Assembly (NCBI GenBank): GCA_041660505.1
Contig: JBAZWG010000001.1
Coordinates: 675,768 to 719,008, forward strand
DNA: 43,241 nucleotides
Direction: 5' to 3'
Origin: Minisyncoccota bacterium
Lineage (GTDB): Bacteria > Patescibacteriota > Minisyncoccia > Phycocordibacterales > JACRKE01
Shown: one piece after another, positions 35,153 through 43,241 of the stretch
How positions within the stretch are numbered: the stretch's first letter is position 1
Layout of the letters: every line of letters starts with the position of its first letter
The notes under the pieces: model-generated
The model's input: the letters and a program-made list of their open reading frames with translations, nothing else
Told to the model about the DNA's origin: nothing
The model's database searches: none
Position numbers and translations under genes: made by a program

Positions 35153-35708
35153 AGAAAGGATTTTCACTCATAGAAACATTGGTGGCTACTGCTATTATCG
35201 TGATGGCGTCGGTCGGCCCGCTTGCTTTGGCCGGCCAGAGCTTGGCGCAGGCGAATTATATTAAAGACCAAATCGTCGCGACATTCCTAGCACAAGAAGG
35301 TCTGGAAATCATGCGCAATTATCGTGATACTCTTGGCATTGCCGAAATCGCGCTCCTATATACGGGTATTAATGGCACTCATTGTGTTACCGGTGATCCC
35401 TGCTCAGTGAGCGGCATCGACATGATAACAACACCCGCTACGAATAATTACTTCGTTGCTAATTGCGATAATGATCCCTGTTTGGCGCTTAACTATGATT
35501 CCGAAAACAGCCTTTACTGTTATCCAAGTACTGGCGGGACTGCCGAAGCTTATTGCTCTGGAACAAACGCCCCATCTATTTTCACGCGCTCGATAACCGT
35601 TGAACAAATTGTGGCTGACAAAGAATATAAAATCCACTCTATAGTCACTTGGCGCCGCGGATATGGTCCGCGTACAATAGAACTGACAGAAAATTTATTT
35701 GAACGAAC

Positions 35709-35715
<7 letters not shown>
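35149..35715 (+). CDS. minor pseudopilin (PilV/GspI-like)
   Basis: MKK-GFSLIETLVATAIIVMA. Confidence 0.8.
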
Positions 35716-38332
<2,617 letters not shown>

Positions 38333-38345
38333 TATAGTGACTGGA

Positions 38346-38383
38346 AGAGGTTGAACCTTAAGCACCCAAAAGGTTCAACCTCT
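38346..38383. repeat. family-E hairpin copy E4 (14-bp stem, loop AAGCACCCAA)
   Basis: AGAGGTTGAACCTT / AAGGTTCAACCTCT, between ligA and gatC. Confidence 0.95.
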
Positions 38384-38397
38384 GGAATCAAATACCC

Positions 38398-38691
38398 ATG
38401 CTTACAATAGACGATATAAATAACCTTGCGAGGCTTGCCCGCATCGAGATATCTGAAGATGAAAAGGCTAAGCTCCAAAAAGATATGGAGTCTATATTGG
38501 GTTATGTAAGCCAAATAACCAGCTTGGCCACAAAAGAAGAAGGCGCTACCCCAAATACCGATCTTATCAACGTAATGCGCGAGGATGTGGCTACGCACGA
38601 ATCCGGTGAATATAAAGACGCTATCCTTGCCAATGCGCCCAAGCGCGAGGGCGATTACTTTTCTGTAAAACCTATATTCGAAGACAGATAG
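38398..38691 (+). CDS. gatC: Asp/Glu-tRNA amidotransferase subunit C
   Basis: 97 aa. LARLARIEISEDEKAKL, which is typical of GatC, and it lies immediately upstream of gatA. Confidence 0.88.
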   Translation: MLTIDDINNLARLARIEISEDEKAKLQKDMESILGYVSQITSLATKEEGATPNTDLINVMREDVATHESGEYKDAILANAPKREGDYFSVKPIFEDR

Positions 38692-38693
38692 AT

Positions 38694-40145
38694 ATGATAG
38701 ATCTAAAATCTCTCACAATTAAAAAAGCGCACGAATCTTTACTAAAAAAAGACTTTTCGGCCGTTGAGCTTCTTTCCGCCTATCGCGAGAATATAGAGAA
38801 GAGGAATAAAAAACTGAATGCTTATCTCGAAGTTTTCGACGATGCGACAGACCAAGCCAAATCGGTTGATGTCAAGATCGGGCGAGGCGACAAAATTTCT
38901 GATCTCGCCGGTATCCCGCTCGCCATTAAAGATATTATTTTATACAAAGGCCATCTGGCCACCGCGGCATCGAAAATATTGGCAGGTCATCACGCTGTAT
39001 ATGACTCAACGGTGGTAACGAAATTAAAAAATCAAGACGTAGTTATCACCGGCCGTACCAACATGGACGAGTTCGCCCACGGATCATCCGGCGAACATTC
39101 CGCCTATGGGCCAACACTTAATCCACTTGATGAGACGCGCGTACCGGGTGGGTCATCCAGTGGCTCCGGCGCGACTGTTGCCGCAGATATGGCACTTGTC
39201 TCGCTTGGGACAGACACGGGCGGGTCGGTGCGTTTACCGGCAAGTTATTGCGGGTTGGTCGGGCTCAAGCCGACATATGGTGCAGTTTCGCGCTATGGCA
39301 TCATCGCTATGGGGAGCTCGTTCGATCAAGTCGGACCAATAGGCAAGACTGTTGGCGACGCAGAGATTTTATTCAATGCGATAAAGGGTAAAGATTCGCT
39401 CGATTCTACAACGTATGATTATAATAATGTCGCAGTAAAGAATGACAAAAAGAAAATGCGCATCGGTATCCCTCGCGCATTCGTCGGCCCGCCTGCCGGC
39501 GAGGCAGGCAAGGGCGTCGAGCCAGATGTTATAGAAAAATTTAACGAAGCAGAGAAAAAGCTTCGCGAACTCGGACACGAGATAATAGATATAGACCTGC
39601 CGAATATCGACAAAGCGTTAGCAGTGTATTATATACTGATACCCGCAGAAATTTCGGCAAATCTCGCACGTTTCGACGGCGTGCGCTTCGGCTTGCGCGC
39701 AGACGGCAAGAACGGTATTGAAGATTATTTTAAGACGCGCGGAGCAGGCTTTGGTGCAGAAGCCAGAAGGAGAATTATGCTCGGAACTTATATACTCTCC
39801 CATGGTTATTACGACGCCTATTACAATAAAGCCGTTGCAGTAAGACAGATTATCAAGCAAGAATTCATCAACGTTTTTAAACAAGTAGACGCTTTCATTA
39901 CGCCTACCGGTATTTCGCCGGCTCCCAAACTCGGTGCCAATGCTAATGACCCGCTTGCCGAGTATCTCCTGGATATTTTTACCGTCTCCGCAAATGTCGC
40001 CCAAGTTTGCGCGATGTCTGTCCCGATGGGAACGGTTAAGCGAGAAGATAAAGATTTGCCGGTAGGACTGCATCTCACCGCTCCGCACTTCGCCGAATCA
40101 ACCTTATTCACACTCGGTAAGCAATTTTTGGGCGAAGTGGTATAA
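38694..40145 (+). CDS. gatA: Asp/Glu-tRNA amidotransferase subunit A
   Basis: 483 aa. Amidase signature GGSSSGSGATVA, and KDII...TNMDEFAHGSS. Confidence 0.95.
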   Translation: MIDLKSLTIKKAHESLLKKDFSAVELLSAYRENIEKRNKKLNAYLEVFDDATDQAKSVDVKIGRGDKISDLAGIPLAIKDIILYKGHLATAASKILAGHHAVYDSTVVTKLKNQDVVITGRTNMDEFAHGSSGEHSAYGPTLNPLDETRVPGGSSSGSGATVAADMALVSLGTDTGGSVRLPASYCGLVGLKPTYGAVSRYGIIAMGSSFDQVGPIGKTVGDAEILFNAIKGKDSLDSTTYDYNNVAVKNDKKKMRIGIPRAFVGPPAGEAGKGVEPDVIEKFNEAEKKLRELGHEIIDIDLPNIDKALAVYYILIPAEISANLARFDGVRFGLRADGKNGIEDYFKTRGAGFGAEARRRIMLGTYILSHGYYDAYYNKAVAVRQIIKQEFINVFKQVDAFITPTGISPAPKLGANANDPLAEYLLDIFTVSANVAQVCAMSVPMGTVKREDKDLPVGLHLTAPHFAESTLFTLGKQFLGEVV

Positions 40146-40152
40146 TTAGAGA

Positions 40153-40737
40153 ATGCCGGAATTTGTTTCGCTCAACCTCGAGTATCTGTTTTATCAGATC
40201 TATAAGTTTTTTTATTCGTTCACGCATAATACCCCAAGTTTGCCGGTCGTGCCGGCCCACACTTTTTCTTATTCTTCTGTATTTATTCTCGCTTCCATAT
40301 TAATTTCCGCATTGCTTATCTGGGCGATTGCTTATCTGCTGATCAAGACACGGCAGTATCATATCGAATACGAGTGGGCACTCTATAATCAATCGCAAGA
40401 GAATAAGGCGGCAACAACCAAAGAAGAAAATCCGAAGTGGAAGTCGGTCTTGTCTTTTGCCGAGTCGGATAATCCATCAGACAGGAAGGTGGCGATAATA
40501 GAAGCGGATAAATTACTCGACGATGCTTTGCAGGCGGGGAATATCCCGGGTGAGAACCTTGGCGAGAGACTTAAGAATTTCGATGCCAAAACCACTCCGT
40601 GGCTTGATGACGCCTGGGAGGCTCATAAAATCCGCAACCGCATAGCGCATGAGGCCGAGTTCGACCCGAACGTTCATGATATAAAGAAGACAATCGCAAG
40701 ATACGAAAGAGTCTTGCATGAACTCCGGGCGATATAG
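40153..40737 (+). CDS. hypothetical membrane-anchored protein
   Basis: One TM helix and a helical C-terminal domain containing AHKIRNRIAHE (an Rx4H pattern). Confidence 0.5.
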   Translation: MPEFVSLNLEYLFYQIYKFFYSFTHNTPSLPVVPAHTFSYSSVFILASILISALLIWAIAYLLIKTRQYHIEYEWALYNQSQENKAATTKEENPKWKSVLSFAESDNPSDRKVAIIEADKLLDDALQAGNIPGENLGERLKNFDAKTTPWLDDAWEAHKIRNRIAHEAEFDPNVHDIKKTIARYERVLHELRAI

Positions 40738-40904
40738 AATAGACCTTGCTCTTACTATTGCGGGGGCGGGAATTTCCTTCAACTAAAACTTTGCCGTCGC
40801 AAAGTTTTGTCTAGGCACCGCCTCGCAGAACTTTCTACTGAAAGTTCTAAGCTCCGGCGTTCAATTCCGCCACGAGCAAAGCAGTTTGCTCGTTCCCCGC
40901 AAAA

Positions 40905-40938
40905 AGCCAAAAACCGCCCAGAGGCGGTGTGGCTTTTT
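40905..40938. terminator. bidirectional hairpin terminator candidate downstream of tRNA(CAU)
   Basis: AGCC..CCGCC-CAGA-GGCGG..GGCT, flanked by an A run on one side and a T run on the other. Confidence 0.5.
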
Positions 40939-40939
40939 G

Positions 40940-41010
40940 TTGCGGGGGCGGGAATTGAACCCGCTTCTTCAGGTTATGAGCCTGACATGTTACCGTTTCA
41001 CTTCCCCGCT
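40940..41010 (-). tRNA. tRNA with anticodon CAU (Met or Ile2; identity not resolvable by eye)
   Basis: 71 nt on the minus strand. T arm GCGGG-TTCAATT-CCCGC and anticodon stem TCAGG/CCTGA with loop CTCATAA. The acceptor is 6 bp plus an A1:A72 mismatch. The D stem is weak (3 bp plus a mismatch) and position 8 is A. Confidence 0.65.
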
Positions 41011-41082
41011 GATGCGAATTCTAGCACAGATTGAGAAATTGTTCAAAACGTAGTAGAATAGCCAGACGTTCTTTTATAACAA

Positions 41083-41155
41083 GCCGTTGTAGCTCAGTTG
41101 GTAGAGCACGTCATTGGTAATGACGAGGTCAGCAGTTCAATCCTGCTCAACGGCT
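41083..41155 (+). tRNA. tRNA-Thr (anticodon GGU)
   Basis: 73 nt. Acceptor GCCGTTG/CAACGGC, anticodon stem CGTCA/TGACG with loop TTGGTAA, and T arm AGCAG-TTCAATC-CTGCT. Confidence 0.9.
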
Positions 41156-41289
41156 CCCGCAGGGAGTAGCGAAGCGTCCAGCAGGATTGAAGGCCGGACT
41201 GCGGCGGCAGGAGGCGGGGTCGCACAAATTTTCAGCAGAAAATTATGCGTGACCTATCCTGCTCAACGGCTCCCGTTTCTTGAAAATAA

Positions 41290-41365
41290 GCCATCTTAGC
41301 TCAGTTGGTAGAGCGACGGTATCGTAAACCGTAGGTCCCCGGTTCAAACCCGGGAGATGGCTCCA
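41290..41365 (+). tRNA. tRNA-Thr (anticodon CGU), CCA encoded
   Basis: Acceptor GCCATCT/AGATGGC, anticodon stem ACGGT/ACCGT with loop ATCGTAA, T arm CCCGG-TTCAAAC-CCGGG, discriminator T, then CCA. Confidence 0.9.
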
Positions 41366-42905
41366 GTTTTGTAGAAAAAGATACAGAAGCACCCAAAGCG
41401 TGGGCGGCACGAAGTGCCGCCCATTGGTTTTCGCCTGATTTTGTGGGGGGATTCGGAAAATTCGGCGCGCTTGCGCGCACTAATTTGTTTTGGAGGAGGA
41501 GGTTCGAGCCAAAGATTTCTTTGGCAGCAACCTTTTTAGCAAAAAGGTTGCTATCCAATGCAATTTTTTCCATATTTCCCGCGTCCTTTATCCACTTTTC
41601 CATCGGTTCGAGCCAATGTTTCTGCTTTTGTTGATTACGAGATATTTCCTCCTCCAGCGACTTTTTTTCGGATAGTAATTTTGATTTTTCAGCACGATAT
41701 ACTTCCTTGTCTATGTCTTGGTCTAAATAGCCGTCTAAAAGTCGCTGGAGCTTCGCTGTGATATCCGTAATCATTTTTTCGTTCTTTTCAACAAAAGCAG
41801 AAACGGATTGGGCGGATTCCACTTTGTCTTTTTCAAGTCTTCCGTTTAGATAGTCCGCCCAATCTTGTGGCAAAGAAACTTTTTGAAGAAGTGATGAAAT
41901 TTGCGCATCCAAAGATTCTTGGCGAATACAGGGTTCAGGACATTTTTGCGTTTTCGATTTCTTGGTGCAGTGATAGTAAGTGTAGAAATGTTGCATGCCG
42001 TTGAGCTGGGTCTTCACCCTGTATTCGCCAGTGATTTGCATTCCACATGACGCGCAAGAAAGGAGTCCGCAATATGCTTGCGGTTCATTTTTCTGTTTGT
42101 GTCGCGGACGACTTCTTCTTTTCATCACTTCTTGCACAAGGTCCCAAAGTTTCTTTGCCACTATTGGCTCGTACCTGCCTTCGTATATTTCGCTGTTATA
42201 CCGAAAATGTCCGTAGTAGAACGGATTGGAAAGAATAAAGGTCGCGCGGGAAATGTGGATTCTCTTTCCATTTTTTGCAACGAGGTGGTTGCGCTCAAAA
42301 TATTCTCCGATACCTTGCAGTGTTTGGTTGCCTTGCGCGTACAGCTCAAACGCGTGGCGAATAATCGGCGCGGTCTTTTTATCCACTATCACAGTTTTTG
42401 TTCGAGAGTCGTTGATATATCCCACAGGAGCGAGACTTGGATATTCGCCGCGCCGTACCTTTTGGCGCAACCCTCGTTTCGTATTTTCGGAAAGAGAGTC
42501 CACATAATATTTGCTTTGCCCGAAAGCCATATTCAACATGAATTTTCCTTGCGATGTGCTATCGCACCAAAAAGTGGGAAACTTCAAGCTCGCAAGTTTT
42601 TCTGTGTCGAGGAGGTAAATTACTCGTCCACCATCAACAGAATTGCGAGCGAGACGATCCGGATGCCAAGCGAGAATATTTCCGCCGAGTTCTTCAATAT
42701 CGTCTAACATTTTATTAAACATCGGACGACCGGGAATTTTCGCAGATTGTTTTTCCACAATCTCGGCGGATATTTCAATATTCTCTCGCTTGGCATAGTC
42801 TCGCAATTCTTGGAGTTGTGCTTCAATCGAAAGAACCTGCTTGTCCTCAACATCAGTAGACTTGCGAGCATACAAAAAGAATTTTTTGGGAGAGACATTT
42901 TCCAT
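41301..42905 (-). CDS. large serine recombinase
   Basis: From the ATG at 42905 (MENVSPKKFFLYARKSTDVEDKQ..., with the catalytic Ser in YARKST). It also has HPDRLARN, a recombinase domain, a Zn ribbon (CASCG...HCTKK..C..C) and a coiled coil. The ORF stays open through IR-L and the antisense of the tRNA, so the true 3' end is uncertain. Confidence 0.85.
   Translation of the reverse strand: MENVSPKKFFLYARKSTDVEDKQVLSIEAQLQELRDYAKRENIEISAEIVEKQSAKIPGRPMFNKMLDDIEELGGNILAWHPDRLARNSVDGGRVIYLLDTEKLASLKFPTFWCDSTSQGKFMLNMAFGQSKYYVDSLSENTKRGLRQKVRRGEYPSLAPVGYINDSRTKTVIVDKKTAPIIRHAFELYAQGNQTLQGIGEYFERNHLVAKNGKRIHISRATFILSNPFYYGHFRYNSEIYEGRYEPIVAKKLWDLVQEVMKRRSRPRHKQKNEPQAYCGLLSCASCGMQITGEYRVKTQLNGMQHFYTYYHCTKKSKTQKCPEPCIRQESLDAQISSLLQKVSLPQDWADYLNGRLEKDKVESAQSVSAFVEKNEKMITDITAKLQRLLDGYLDQDIDKEVYRAEKSKLLSEKKSLEEEISRNQQKQKHWLEPMEKWIKDAGNMEKIALDSNLFAKKVAAKEIFGSNLLLQNKLVRASAPNFPNPPTKSGENQWAALRAAHALGASVSFSTKLEPSPGFEPGTYGLRYRRSTN
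41361..41507. repeat. IR-L, left copy of a perfect 147-bp inverted repeat
   Basis: Checked base by base against the reverse complement of 42973..43119 with 147/147 identity. It starts in the last 5 nt (CTCCA) of tRNA-Thr(CGU). Confidence 0.97.
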
Positions 42906-42911
42906 ATACGC

Positions 42912-42941
42912 ATTATAGCAAAAATTCTTTTTGTATGGCAA
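42912..42941 (-). promoter_or_regulatory. sigma70-like promoter candidate for the recombinase, possibly leaderless
   Basis: On the minus strand: TTGCCA, 18 nt, TATAAT, 6 nt, then ATG. It lies inside the IR-bounded core. Confidence 0.35.
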
Positions 42942-42972
42942 AGCAAATAATTAGGAAAAATTGCATTGGATT

Positions 42973-43119
42973 TCGAACCTCCTCCTCCAAAACAAATTAG
43001 TGCGCGCAAGCGCGCCGAATTTTCCGAATCCCCCCACAAAATCAGGCGAAAACCAATGGGCGGCACTTCGTGCCGCCCACGCTTTGGGTGCTTCTGTATC
43101 TTTTTCTACAAAACTGGAG
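42973..43119. repeat. IR-R, right copy of the 147-bp inverted repeat
   Basis: Exact reverse complement of 41361..41507. The track ORF 42961..43164 is merely the duplicated recombinase 3' coding sequence. Confidence 0.97.
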
Positions 43120-43241
43120 TGTCTTTATGACTTCGCTCGAACCTACTTTATCAAAAATTCCTAACCAATGGAAGCCCGCCCCGCCACCGCCTCGTAGAGC
43201 CTCGGCGGACACCAAAGAAAAATGTTCCTTGCTTTTCGGAT

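Noticed and set aside
40758-40901. tmRNA, SRP RNA or an intron-containing tRNA in the hairpin-rich insert
   Set aside because: The region is only about 145 nt. It has no canonical T arm (the best candidate has a 4-bp stem and an 8-nt loop), no tag-peptide reading frame and no SRP domain IV motif. It is better explained as tRNA-3'-end-derived repeats.
41114-41299. 61-aa ORF spanning tRNA-Thr(GGU) and the 96-bp insert
   Set aside because: It overlaps a confident tRNA gene and a repeat, and is most likely fortuitous.
42961-43164. 67-aa + strand ORF at the right end
   Set aside because: It is simply the inverted duplicate (IR-R) of the recombinase 3' coding region. It is reported as a repeat, not as an independent gene.
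41290-43241. Prophage or integrative element attached to tRNA-Thr(CGU)
   Set aside because: Only the recombinase lies between the repeats (a 1.47 kb core), and there are no phage, conjugation or replication genes. The sequence right of 43119 is only 122 bp, so a larger element continuing beyond the window cannot be excluded.

Overview
This 43.2 kb window reads as a chromosomal segment from a small-genome bacterium. I infer it is Patescibacteria/CPR-like from the compact gene order, the general lack of Shine-Dalgarno sites, and a type IV pilus/competence cluster set among housekeeping genes. No database search was run; protein calls rest on motifs I could read in the translations. The standard genetic code fits, and TGA terminates well-delimited genes.

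Gene content:
- Housekeeping: eno, pyk, ftsH, recG, rsmE, pepQ, ligA, gatCA, an M20 peptidase, two GT4 glycosyltransferases, DedA, a PAP2_C-like protein and a CapA-family protein.
- One 12 kb competence/type IV pilus cluster: comFC, pilM, pilN, pilO, pilB, a receiver-domain gene, pilT, pilC, three pilin genes, pilD and four minor pseudopilins.
- Five tRNA genes.

The unusual part is at nucleotide level:
1. Two paralogous IS200/Y1-type (RAYT-like) transposase genes are each flanked by their own perfect palindrome family.
2. At least five further families of palindromes or short-period (7-9 bp) tandem arrays sit at gene boundaries. Several are inserted in frame inside essential genes (eno, recG, ligA twice, pilD three times, gatA, an M20 peptidase, the RAYT itself and the recombinase), and some supply stop codons or pseudopilin leader peptides.
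3. A tRNA cluster at the right end shows 3'-end duplications around short inserts.
4. Next to that cluster, a large serine recombinase gene is bracketed by perfect 147-bp inverted repeats that begin in the CCA end of tRNA-Thr(CGU).
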